Sequence record: NC_048170.1
Reading direction: 5' to 3' (one strand)
DNA: 64,000 nt
Shown: one piece after another, positions 55,117 through 64,000 of the stretch
How positions within the stretch are numbered: position 1 is the stretch's first letter
Layout: every line of letters starts with the position of its first letter
Position numbers and translations under genes: made by a program
The notes under the pieces: model-generated
Databases searched by the model: none
Seen by the model: only the letters and a program-made list of their open reading frames with translations
What the model was told of the DNA's origin: nothing

Positions 55117-58100
55117 TTACTTGTAGGCACCGCAATGTGCTTTGATGAGGAAAAGCACCGCTTGCATCGGTTTATTGAACTGTTGCCATAACGTCAATGC
55201 AGGATGGAACAACCAATCTTCCAGGCCAAGAACAATACCGTAGTTAACGACATTATTAACATCGTTCTCAACGTTGAGTTCGCTGTCCAGGAATTTATCG
55301 ATTGAACGCAGGGTCTGCATGGCGTTGTCAGCAATAAGCCAAGCTTCATGTGCTTCACGAGCCGCACGCAGCACTGCCTCCAGTTCGCTGATAGTAGCTA
55401 CCGGTAATTCCTCACTGGTGAGGTCGTCAGAAACCGTAAACTGGCGATTGATACCGGTGTAGATCCACTGCATCAGTTTCGCTGCTTCCTCGTTCGGGTT
55501 GTTGCGCGTTGTCGCATAAGTCGCGCTCACCTTCACGATGTGCGTTTCACCAAGATACGCTTTGGACCCAACACCTTTACGATCGCTGTCTTTCCACGGT
55601 TGTACGGTAGCGACCATGAGCTTATCCCATTTCTGAATAGGAATACGCTTCAGACCAACAACCGATCCGGCGGATGTTTCGGACTGGTTGCTCTTCCGCA
55701 CTTCGCTGAGCTCACGATCGATAGCAACGATTAATTCACGCGTCATGTTACCGAGCATTTTGATTTCACCCAACGCAGCGATGAGCTTCTTCACATCGGT
55801 AACAGGTTCACCACCGATGGTAAGATGACGGATGAAACGTTTCAGAATAATCCGTTCCGCTGCTGGATTACCGCGACGCGCTTTGGCCAGCGCTTGCTGT
55901 GTTTCGGCGAACAGCTTATCCCATGGAGCCGTAGCGGCGGTATAGTAACGGTGGTTGGTTTCAATCCAGTTACCGATACGGTTGACCGCGCTCTTAACGG
56001 TATCCATGAATCCTTCCATCGCAATTTCGGTAGCTTCCACGTTACCCTGGAAGTTATCAGGACCGATCTCGCGTGCCGCTACCAGAATACCTTCCACCGC
56101 ACTCACCGCATGACGACCGATAGCCAGATTTCGCTGCGCTTCTTCAGCACGCTCAACGAATTCCACTACCGCAGGATCGTCGACGATTTCCGCCTCGGCA
56201 ACAGCACGCGTACCCGCATCACCTTCCAGCGTTTCGATGGTGACAACCGGATCGTTTTCACCGGCAACATCCTGGTACTCTTCCTGTTTGAGATCGCCGT
56301 TATCAGCCGCTGCGACAGCGGTGAGTATACGGACGGTAACATCACCGAGTTCTTTTGCAGTGAATCCGTAGACGGTGCATGCTGTTGTCGCAAAGTTCAT
56401 CAGTGTGCGTGTGCGTTTAACGATGTAGCCAACATCATAATCGCTACCGCTCTTATCGATGTCACGGATTAACCGTTCAGCTGTCTCCTGAAGTTGTGTA
56501 GCTGCTTTCAGAAGGTCTTCGTCAAACAGTTTCGTTGACGCATCGATCAGCATATCAACGCTAACGTTAGACGGTACAGCATCATCCTGCTGTTTCATGG
56601 CGCTAAGTTCGTCACGGAACTTACGAATACCGTCTAAAGCGGCGTCAGCGGTATGTCCGAACGCAGCCACGCCTGACATTGTTGTTGCCGTCAGCATGTC
56701 TGAATCTGCGTTTGGACTTTCGCCTTCTTTAAGATTCTTCAACTGGTCGAAGAACTTACGAGATGCTTCAGCGATACGTTTACTGTCTTTGACCGCGTTT
56801 ACGATCTTATCGACAGATTTAGCGTCGTTCGCGAGCAGAGTATCCAGTTTATTCCACTCAACGTCAACCTTCTTGGTATCGCTTGGTGGTGGAAGCAGTT
56901 TCATCACTGGCGTTGTACGTTGTTCTTTGGTGAGCTTATCGGCCTTCTCATCGATTTTCTTTTTACTAACACCGAAGAGTTTTCTTAGGCGTGCCACGAT
57001 TGCTTTTAAGAACTTCGCGACCGCTTCGTAAACCGATTTCAGAATCTGTTTAAAGCGACCTGGCTGCTTTTCCCCGTCTTCCAGATTGAGATCGCTATTC
57101 AGTGCGACATCAAGCTGTTTGTACGATTCCATGATGTATTCGTCTTTGATTTCAGGACGAATCTCGAAGCTTTCCATCGGACCTTCAGCCGGACGGAATT
57201 CCATTTTCAGTTCGCCTTGCAGGGTAGGGTCGATAATAGCGATAGCTTCACCCTGACCATCAGCGTTAAAGCGTTCAGCGTAACGAGTACGGCGAACAAT
57301 AACACTCTTATCCCCATCAAGACGACGTACCACCATGGTGCCAGGAATGTACGGTTGTTCTGTTTCAATGACGGTTACATCTGCTTCACCTTCGCCGAGA
57401 ATAACCGATGCGCGCTGTTCAACAACAGGAACATCTAATACGCCACGGGCTTCCAGCTCTTGACGAATTTCGAACGACTCTTGTTTCAGATCTTCATCTT
57501 CTTCGTTTTCGTCGTCTTCATCATCGTCACCTTTGGTGTTTTCATTACCCTCGGTGGTTGTGGTGTTTGTAGCAGCAGCGTCGGCGTCTGTGTTGGTAGG
57601 TTCTTCGGACGCAGGTTCGGTGGTGCCGTCCTCGGCAGGCGTTTCGTCAGCGTTATCGACGTCAACATCACCTTGCAGCTCCGTTTCTTGAGCAACTGCT
57701 TCGGCTTTCTGCTCGCCGGTATTACCATCATTAGCGTCGACAACAGGTTGTTCGTCAGCGACGGTATCTTCAACCTTTTCTACTTTCTCCACGACACGTT
57801 TAATCACGGTGACTTTGATGGGTTCTTCCGTTGTTTTGGTTTCTGGCGTCACCTCGGCTGCCGCAGCCGCTGTTTCAGCAACAGGTTCTGCTTTTTCCGG
57901 TTCGACGACATTACCTTTAACACCTTCGGTGGTTTCTGCAGGTTGCGCTGCCTGTTCGATTTGCGCCGGATTGGTTGGATCGATGGCGTTAGCCGCATCC
58001 TGAATCTTGTTCTTCAGGTTGTCGCGGTCAGCGTTAACGGTCGGGTCGTTGGTCACTTTCGGTGCCGGTGTTTCGGTCGGCGCGTTTGCCGGATACGGGT

Positions 58101-58494
58101 TCTTCGGCTCCTCGCCAGGTGCGGTCGGTACCGCGATCAGAACGAACGGCTGAACGTCGTTACCGTCTTCCATGGTTACGCCGCCGTTGCTTGGCGTGAA
58201 ACGGATTCGCAAACTACCATCGATAGGACGGGTCACAATAACAGCACGTACGACATCCTCGCCGTTTTCATCTGTGCTACGAATCACGCGAACAGCGTCA
58301 TCAACGGTAGCCCCTTCCTCGAGCGTATCTGATTCGATCGTCGCTTCGATGCTGTCTGGCCGTGCCGCTGTAGGTAATGCGATCACTTGCTCTTCTTTAT
58401 CAGTAGAAAGCGTTGCTTTGACTTCGATAGGTGTATCGCCGCTTTCCAGGTTAAGATGCGACTTACGCATCAGATCAGCTAACGATTTTTTCAT
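55117..58494 (-). CDS. Large head/ejection protein of the phiKZ gp93-95-like paralog family (1125 aa)
   Basis: Acidic A/E/P/T-rich pro-regions, multiple xxE|S/G candidate maturation sites, and two helical family-like domains. Confidence 0.75.
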   Translation of the reverse strand: MKKSLADLMRKSHLNLESGDTPIEVKATLSTDKEEQVIALPTAARPDSIEATIESDTLEEGATVDDAVRVIRSTDENGEDVVRAVIVTRPIDGSLRIRFTPSNGGVTMEDGNDVQPFVLIAVPTAPGEEPKNPYPANAPTETPAPKVTNDPTVNADRDNLKNKIQDAANAIDPTNPAQIEQAAQPAETTEGVKGNVVEPEKAEPVAETAAAAAEVTPETKTTEEPIKVTVIKRVVEKVEKVEDTVADEQPVVDANDGNTGEQKAEAVAQETELQGDVDVDNADETPAEDGTTEPASEEPTNTDADAAATNTTTTEGNENTKGDDDEDDENEEDEDLKQESFEIRQELEARGVLDVPVVEQRASVILGEGEADVTVIETEQPYIPGTMVVRRLDGDKSVIVRRTRYAERFNADGQGEAIAIIDPTLQGELKMEFRPAEGPMESFEIRPEIKDEYIMESYKQLDVALNSDLNLEDGEKQPGRFKQILKSVYEAVAKFLKAIVARLRKLFGVSKKKIDEKADKLTKEQRTTPVMKLLPPPSDTKKVDVEWNKLDTLLANDAKSVDKIVNAVKDSKRIAEASRKFFDQLKNLKEGESPNADSDMLTATTMSGVAAFGHTADAALDGIRKFRDELSAMKQQDDAVPSNVSVDMLIDASTKLFDEDLLKAATQLQETAERLIRDIDKSGSDYDVGYIVKRTRTLMNFATTACTVYGFTAKELGDVTVRILTAVAAADNGDLKQEEYQDVAGENDPVVTIETLEGDAGTRAVAEAEIVDDPAVVEFVERAEEAQRNLAIGRHAVSAVEGILVAAREIGPDNFQGNVEATEIAMEGFMDTVKSAVNRIGNWIETNHRYYTAATAPWDKLFAETQQALAKARRGNPAAERIILKRFIRHLTIGGEPVTDVKKLIAALGEIKMLGNMTRELIVAIDRELSEVRKSNQSETSAGSVVGLKRIPIQKWDKLMVATVQPWKDSDRKGVGSKAYLGETHIVKVSATYATTRNNPNEEAAKLMQWIYTGINRQFTVSDDLTSEELPVATISELEAVLRAAREAHEAWLIADNAMQTLRSIDKFLDSELNVENDVNNVVNYGIVLGLEDWLFHPALTLWQQFNKPMQAVLFLIKAHCGAYK

Positions 58495-58509
58495 AAAGCG
58501 TTATTCCTC

Positions 58510-59616
58510 TTAAAAGTAATATTTCAGCGCCTCGCGAGAGACATCAAGCATAGCCGCTGTTGAATTCGTAAAGAACTCGGCATAGCCCACAAGCGGCACC
58601 TTGATCCACGCGGTATACGCTGTAAGGTATCGAGAAAGGGCTACCATAGCATCATCAGAAGCAGTAGTAACTGACAACTGACCTTGTTGACGATAAACGT
58701 CGTTAAGTTTTGCTTGTAGATTCCCTGCGATTTCGAGTAACTCGTTGGCGTACTTTTTACGATGGTAACTAACCAGCAAATCAACACCCGTATTTACAGA
58801 CTCGAGTAGAAGACCAACTTGTTCTAATGTTGGCATTGTAACCACCATATCCCGTTCAACGGATGGGACATCCTGGACTTCAAACCGTGCGGATTGAATG
58901 GCGAGGGACTGTTGAATTGATCCAGAACCTGAAGCGGTAACTTGATCGAGTCGTAGCATACGGTTGCCCAGTAACGTCACGTTGACGAGTTTCGATTCGT
59001 TCAGCGTACTGTAGACTTTATGCAATAACGTATACGCATCACGGTTAATCACATCGATTAATGCGGTATCCGTCTGTTTTAAGATAATGTCGAGTGCTCT
59101 ATCTAACGTATTAGCGAACTGCTTAAAATCATCACGGAACGACGAAGACAAGAGATATTCAGCGATCGCTAAATTCTGTTTGTATAACGTATTCCCGGTT
59201 GTGAAATCGAACCCAAAACTGTTCCCATACCGTAGGTGCGGAGCCAACGTCGACGAAGCTTCGAAGCTTTGCGCGATAGGTTTACGACCAACGGCTTTTG
59301 TGTAGTGACGGCGGATGTTGCTGAGTTCGAGCTGTAGTGCGCGACTACGATCGATAAACCGTGCGATAAACGCGGTAATGTTCCGCAACGTTGTCCAGAT
59401 TGCATCGATGATAGCTTTGATGATCTTCATCGCAAGTTGATCGTACGATTCCATTGTGAGGAGATCAGCACTTTCCGTGGTATAACTGGTTGATAGCATA
59501 CCACCCGCTTGCTGATAAATAAGCTGGTGAATTTGTCGTTGCGTTGCTGTCTCTGGCACAGGTAATGTTTTTAACAAGCTTAACGCTTGAATCTGTCCAT
59601 CATTGGTCTGCAGCAT
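58510..59616 (-). CDS. Head/ejection paralog (~368 aa)
   Basis: GAGGA RBS before ATG at 59616; LTME|S followed by KIIKAIIDAIW; PTLEQV segment. Confidence 0.7.
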   Translation of the reverse strand: MLQTNDGQIQALSLLKTLPVPETATQRQIHQLIYQQAGGMLSTSYTTESADLLTMESYDQLAMKIIKAIIDAIWTTLRNITAFIARFIDRSRALQLELSNIRRHYTKAVGRKPIAQSFEASSTLAPHLRYGNSFGFDFTTGNTLYKQNLAIAEYLLSSSFRDDFKQFANTLDRALDIILKQTDTALIDVINRDAYTLLHKVYSTLNESKLVNVTLLGNRMLRLDQVTASGSGSIQQSLAIQSARFEVQDVPSVERDMVVTMPTLEQVGLLLESVNTGVDLLVSYHRKKYANELLEIAGNLQAKLNDVYRQQGQLSVTTASDDAMVALSRYLTAYTAWIKVPLVGYAEFFTNSTAAMLDVSREALKYYF

Positions 59617-60901
59617 TGCTGGTTTCCTCAAGTTCGAGATGCGCGTCAAGATAATCATTAAGACCATCGATGACGTCGCAGACAGTTAACAGGAATCGGG
59701 CAAAAGCAACCGCCTGGAAGCCGACGACGTTACGCGCGATACCCACGCGTTGAACGATAGCGGATGCTGCGGTATCGTTATTGCCCATCTGTTGTAGCAA
59801 ACGTTCATACGGTTGAATCCATTCGTCCTGGTCGGCAAGGCTTGCTTCAAGACAACGTTTAAATTCCAACTGTCGTAGCGTAGACCATAACGTACTTAAT
59901 GCGTTGATGATCGCGTTGGTTCCGTCGATAACATCGTTTAACGGTAAGAAACGGAATCCGTCTTTTGCTGATTGGAAAGGTGCGGCTTCCCACACAACGC
60001 TGAACTGCGTTCCTGTTGCGTCTTCGATGTTGTGTAATTTAAGATAGGAAGCACCAACAGGAACGTCAACGACCAGATCGTCTGTTCCGGTAGGTGTTAA
60101 CGGCTTCTCGCATAACGCCTCGTTGATGGCCTCGAGAATATTCTCCCAACAGGCTTCGTTTTCCGCAGCGATACCTTCTTTGTTATCCGCTGATGGTGCT
60201 TTTAGTAGCTGCATTAATAACGGATCAAGTTGACGGTGCCATGCTGCGAGGATTCCTGTGTTCGTTACGATGTTTTCTGCGGTTTGTCGTAAATCAGCAA
60301 TACTGCTTACCGCACCGCCTTTCGGATGGAGATATCGCCAGTTGTAGGGAAAGTTCTCCCAGAATGCGTTATCTTCATCGACGTCGTATTCGGAAATAGT
60401 TTTCAACGCAGCCGCTTTCTTTAATAACGGCTTCACCTGACGAACGAATCGACGATAACAGCGATTGCAGATATCGATCGCATAGCGGTATAATTCGTTC
60501 ATGTAAAGCCATAATGCACGGGTTGCTTCTTTTGCTGTCTTGTCAAAACTTTCCATGTTCAGACTCATCCCGCTGGAAGTTTCCTCTTCCAGACCCTCGA
60601 TGATGTGGTTTGGATCCATCCCCATCCCGGCTGCTGCGGTCGATGCGATATGTTTGATGGTGTTGATATCGCGTTCCTCGACTTCAGCCATGTTTGGGAC
60701 AATATCCAGCCTGAGTTTATTTAATGTTTGAAGGTGTTGTTCACCTTCTTTCATCGCCGTGTTTGTTTCGTCGATTGAGTGAAACTGATTCTCAATATTA
60801 CTGGCATCGAGAATGTTGCCAGCGATACCGAACGATTCTACAGGTTCATCATCAATCCCTTGAAACAACGATGTCATGGGTTGTTGTAACACGTTTTCCA
60901 T
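59600..60901 (-). CDS. Head/ejection paralog (433 aa)
   Basis: AGGAG RBS; LNME|SF followed by a helix, same layout as its neighbours. Confidence 0.75.
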   Translation of the reverse strand: MENVLQQPMTSLFQGIDDEPVESFGIAGNILDASNIENQFHSIDETNTAMKEGEQHLQTLNKLRLDIVPNMAEVEERDINTIKHIASTAAAGMGMDPNHIIEGLEEETSSGMSLNMESFDKTAKEATRALWLYMNELYRYAIDICNRCYRRFVRQVKPLLKKAAALKTISEYDVDEDNAFWENFPYNWRYLHPKGGAVSSIADLRQTAENIVTNTGILAAWHRQLDPLLMQLLKAPSADNKEGIAAENEACWENILEAINEALCEKPLTPTGTDDLVVDVPVGASYLKLHNIEDATGTQFSVVWEAAPFQSAKDGFRFLPLNDVIDGTNAIINALSTLWSTLRQLEFKRCLEASLADQDEWIQPYERLLQQMGNNDTAASAIVQRVGIARNVVGFQAVAFARFLLTVCDVIDGLNDYLDAHLELEETSNAADQ

Positions 60902-61008
60902 TTGGGACTCCTACGTAGGAAAATCTTGGCGGGTGATCATGTCCGCCATTTACCTTCTGAACCGTTGATTCAGAAGTCAAAAGATAACCGGATACCAACG
61001 CCATAAAA

Positions 61009-61040
61009 CCTTCCTCCAACCCGTAAGGGAAGGAGGAAGG
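61009..61040. terminator. Hairpin family copy
   Basis: ccttcctcc-AA-ccc-GTAA-ggg-AA-ggaggaagg. Confidence 0.85.
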
Positions 61041-61050
61041 GATATAGTGG

Positions 61051-62340
61051 TTATGCTTTTTCGGTTACAGCATCGAAGTATTTCGCTGCAGCAAATACGG
61101 CATCCGCATATTGACGGTTAGCAACACGGAGGATCTTAGCTGCTAATACCGCACTCAAGAGCGCCATTTCAGAAATGGCGCTTATATAAGGGCGAACGGT
61201 TTCACGATCTGCTTCCGGTAGATTGTCGAGCATACCGTCCCATTTGGTTTTAATTTTCATACCGTTCAGTTTAGCGGTACGTTCGACAGTACTCGTTAAA
61301 CTTTCCGTCTGGTTAAAATACGCAGGGTCAACAATACGAAACGCGTTAAGATACGAAGTCAGTGCGGCTTTCAATTCGTCGTCGTTATTGAAAATGTTCG
61401 CGTTTTCGATACTACCAGTCGCGGTTTCTTCCACTTCGATCTGAATATTCTTCACGAGCGCGCAGGCCTTAATGGTATCTTTCTCAGCCATAAGAGCGTC
61501 AAGACCTTTAACAACATATCGTTTCCCACCGCTTTCTGGTATTTTGAGTCCTTTTAACGCGGGCTTGATGGCGTAAATATAGTCGTCCAGAATATCGGCA
61601 AGTGTCGTCAAATCGGTTAGTTTATTAACTTTCTTGTTAATGTCGTCGGTTTGGAGTAGTAAAAAAGAGGATGCTTGTGTGGATGCCGCTAACTGCTCAA
61701 TATGTTTACGGACCTCCAACGCGTTAACTGTTTTTGCGTTAGGGAACATGCTAATCATATTCCCGGTCGGTTTATTTAGTTGTTTGATGTGACGCTCGCC
61801 TTTATTTACAGCGGTTGCAACATCGGTAATTTTTTTATACGCTACCGCAAGGTTTTTGAAAAGCAGCTGAATCAGTTTACATAACTGTTCAGCCATGTTC
61901 GCAATGATTACCCAAACTGCGTATAGCGCTTGTGCTGCGCGTTCTTTAAAGCCTTCCAGTACGATAGCCTGCCCTTCCACCAAACGATCGTCAGCTTGGA
62001 ACATGTCTTCATCAGACATCCCCAGGTTAGCTGCTGACGTCGAAGCAATCTGGCGGATAAGGGCGATGTCGCTCGCACGTGCTTCAGGGATCGTAGGTGC
62101 GATCATGTACGCGGTATCTTCCAGCGTTGCTGAGGTACGCACCGCAATTTCAGCCAGTTCGCTGGATTCGTCGATCGTCTCGTCGGTGCGTCGAATCACC
62201 AACTCAACTTCGTCCTCTTCAATTTCTGCGTTAGGATCGTTCTGCTCCGCTGGAATTGCCGCAAGAAGATCTTCGGCGCTGAGCAGTGCGAGTTCGAATG
62301 CGTTTTTATTGACGTTATCAAAAAGAGAAATGCGGGCCAT
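61051..62340 (-). CDS. Head/ejection paralog (429 aa)
   Basis: IVLE|GFKER; N-terminal half aligns by eye with the 446-aa neighbour (DIALIRQIASTSAANLG vs DVALVRNVQESASIALG). Confidence 0.8.
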   Translation of the reverse strand: MARISLFDNVNKNAFELALLSAEDLLAAIPAEQNDPNAEIEEDEVELVIRRTDETIDESSELAEIAVRTSATLEDTAYMIAPTIPEARASDIALIRQIASTSAANLGMSDEDMFQADDRLVEGQAIVLEGFKERAAQALYAVWVIIANMAEQLCKLIQLLFKNLAVAYKKITDVATAVNKGERHIKQLNKPTGNMISMFPNAKTVNALEVRKHIEQLAASTQASSFLLLQTDDINKKVNKLTDLTTLADILDDYIYAIKPALKGLKIPESGGKRYVVKGLDALMAEKDTIKACALVKNIQIEVEETATGSIENANIFNNDDELKAALTSYLNAFRIVDPAYFNQTESLTSTVERTAKLNGMKIKTKWDGMLDNLPEADRETVRPYISAISEMALLSAVLAAKILRVANRQYADAVFAAAKYFDAVTEKA

Positions 62341-62349
62341 GTTAGTTCC

Positions 62350-63666
62350 TTAACCTTTGGTATAAGCGTTAACGAGAGTGTTGATAAATGAAGTCAGTGC
62401 GCGAAGATACTGGTAAGCGAATTGGTTTTCAATACGGTTCTCTTTACCGCAAAGCAGAATCGCACGCTTAACGAGTTTAGGATAGATCTCGACATACGGT
62501 TGGTAGCTTGCATCAAAATTCTGCTCGTTGAAGCGTTTCATGGTGATTTCCTGGATACGCTCCATGGTGCGAATTTTATTGCGAGAGAATATCTCAGAGA
62601 AAGCACGTCCGCGTTTTGTTACCATCAACAAATCTTTCGCGAACGTCAGTTGTCGAACGCTACGTAATTCGTCAGGTGTTGGCAGGACATACGTTTCTGG
62701 ATCGTTATCCCATTCAACATCTTCAACGATAATATCCAAGTCGAGGTAACGTTTAACAGCATCGATGATGTTGTCTTTTGACGCATCGAATTCTTTCAAG
62801 AAGACTGCGCCGTTGATGTAGCGGATGCGTTTCCCAGAAACTGTTGGGGTGATAACATCAGCACCTTCCACGGAACCGCGATTTTCCAGTGTCGATTTGA
62901 CAGCGTGCAAGAAAGACAGATAATCAACAGGAAGTTTTTCAACCTTATCTAAATGGAAGTCGATGATGTTTAATCCTAACCCATCAATAACTGAATAGCC
63001 GTCCGATTTAAGGAACATCTGATTGAAGGTATCGATGTTGCTTTTCAGCGTGTCTACGCCACCAACGCTGTTACGGTTAGGGAAAAGTGTCCGCCACTCC
63101 GCTTTAAACGCAACCTCTTTATTTTCCTCGTATTTGCCTTTAGGCATTTGTTCGAGGTCTGCAACGGCTTTCTGAAAATTGCGCGTCTCGTCGTAAACAA
63201 GACGGGTAAGCTTCTCGAAGGCTGCTGCCAAGGTCAGGGCAATATCAACAATGATATCCCAGATCTTTTTCATGGCTTTTACAACGGTGTCCTTAAACCC
63301 CTCAACAACCAAAGCTTCTCCAACCTCAACACGATCGGTTGGCGTCAGCAATGCTTCGGAGGGTAGACCCAGAGCAATCGACGCGGATTCTTGAACGTTA
63401 CGAACCAACGCAACATCACTGTAGTTAGCCGATTCGATAGTCGGAGCAACATCAAAACTGATTTCCCGTAATGCAGCAACAGCAGGGAAAGCACGATCAA
63501 GCGCATCTTCATGTTCGTCGATTGCCGCCAAACGTAATTCGACGCCATCGGCATCGATGACTTCAGCGGCAGGCTCCACAGCAAGCGCCTCAGCAACAAT
63601 AGGATCTTTTTCAAACGCCTCAAGGCTGATATCGCCTTGGGTCGCAAATAGCGGTATGTGTACCAT
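62350..63666 (-). CDS. Head/ejection paralog (~438 aa)
   Basis: GGAG RBS before ATG at 63666; ISLE|A and LVVE|GFKDT; VLPTPDEL segment. Confidence 0.8.
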   Translation of the reverse strand: MVHIPLFATQGDISLEAFEKDPIVAEALAVEPAAEVIDADGVELRLAAIDEHEDALDRAFPAVAALREISFDVAPTIESANYSDVALVRNVQESASIALGLPSEALLTPTDRVEVGEALVVEGFKDTVVKAMKKIWDIIVDIALTLAAAFEKLTRLVYDETRNFQKAVADLEQMPKGKYEENKEVAFKAEWRTLFPNRNSVGGVDTLKSNIDTFNQMFLKSDGYSVIDGLGLNIIDFHLDKVEKLPVDYLSFLHAVKSTLENRGSVEGADVITPTVSGKRIRYINGAVFLKEFDASKDNIIDAVKRYLDLDIIVEDVEWDNDPETYVLPTPDELRSVRQLTFAKDLLMVTKRGRAFSEIFSRNKIRTMERIQEITMKRFNEQNFDASYQPYVEIYPKLVKRAILLCGKENRIENQFAYQYLRALTSFINTLVNAYTKG

Positions 63667-63714
63667 GTGTTGTCTCCAGTAATGATTCAAAAGATAAACC
63701 TGAGCGGCATAGAA

Positions 63715-63746
63715 CCCTCTCCCAACCCGTGAGGGAAGGGAGAGGG
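63715..63746. terminator. Hairpin family copy
   Basis: ccctctccc-AA-ccc-GTGA-ggg-AA-gggagaggg. Confidence 0.85.
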
Positions 63747-63768
63747 AATATGTCAGTTTATTAACTGA

Positions 63769-64000
63769 TTACTGCTGTGCTGCGTCAGCCGGTTTCTCAG
63801 CCGCCTGGCCGCCGTACTCTTTCAGCATTTTAGCAACGCCATCCAGGACAGCGTTACCTGCCTGAACACCGTATTTCATCAGACCGGTCTGCGGGTTCAC
63901 GTAGCAGGAACGTGCGTCTTTCAGTGCAGACAGTACAGCTTGAACACGCTGTTTTTCCTGAGCGGAAACTTCGCCTTTCTTAGACAGATCGGCTTCCATA
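63769..64000 (-). CDS. 3' end of a highly expressed head protein paralog (5' part outside the window)
   Basis: Frame open to the window edge; strong codon bias; C-terminal helix like other family members. Confidence 0.7.
   Translation of the reverse strand, partial: MEADLSKKGEVSAQEKQRVQAVLSALKDARSCYVNPQTGLMKYGVQAGNAVLDGVAKMLKEYGGQAAEKPADAAQQ

Noticed and set aside
1-64000. CRISPR array, tRNA/rRNA genes, inteins, introns, IS elements
   Set aside because: No regularly spaced repeats, cloverleafs, intein termini, homing-endonuclease or transposase motifs recognised by eye; capsid, portal and helicase have normal lengths. tRNAscan-SE and Infernal were not run.

Overview
This 64 kb window is the core virion/replication block of a phiKZ-like jumbo myophage (Chimalliviridae-type gene set and order; codon bias suggests an enterobacterial-type host). 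Reading the minus strand from the right end, it holds: a cluster of paralogous head/ejection proteins, conserved neck/tail-type proteins, a DnaB-like helicase, the major capsid protein (MCP), a non-virion RNA polymerase beta-type subunit, the portal, baseplate and gp131-like virion proteins, five NPH-repeat tail-fibre proteins, a GH108 endolysin, an ~0.7 kb structured non-coding region (origin candidate), small accessory genes, a tail spike, SbcC, RuvC and thymidylate kinase. Regulatory signals are four copies of a 25-bp early-promoter-like motif (core TAYATTAC) and about 14 copies of a related hairpin. The most notable observation is at the MCP stop: a UGA-A codon is followed in frame by 28 sense codons. 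They encode a peptide (LDDILDDNVADGFIAP) almost identical to the C-terminus of a 180-aa virion protein (LATVLADNVADGFVKP), with related motifs in about ten other places in virion proteins. This suggests stop-codon readthrough adds a shared docking peptide to a fraction of capsid subunits. No tRNA, rRNA, CRISPR array, intein or mobile element was recognised. phiKZ gene-number equivalences are from synteny and recalled family features, not from a search. Several starts were moved from the ORF track to codons with a better ribosome-binding site.
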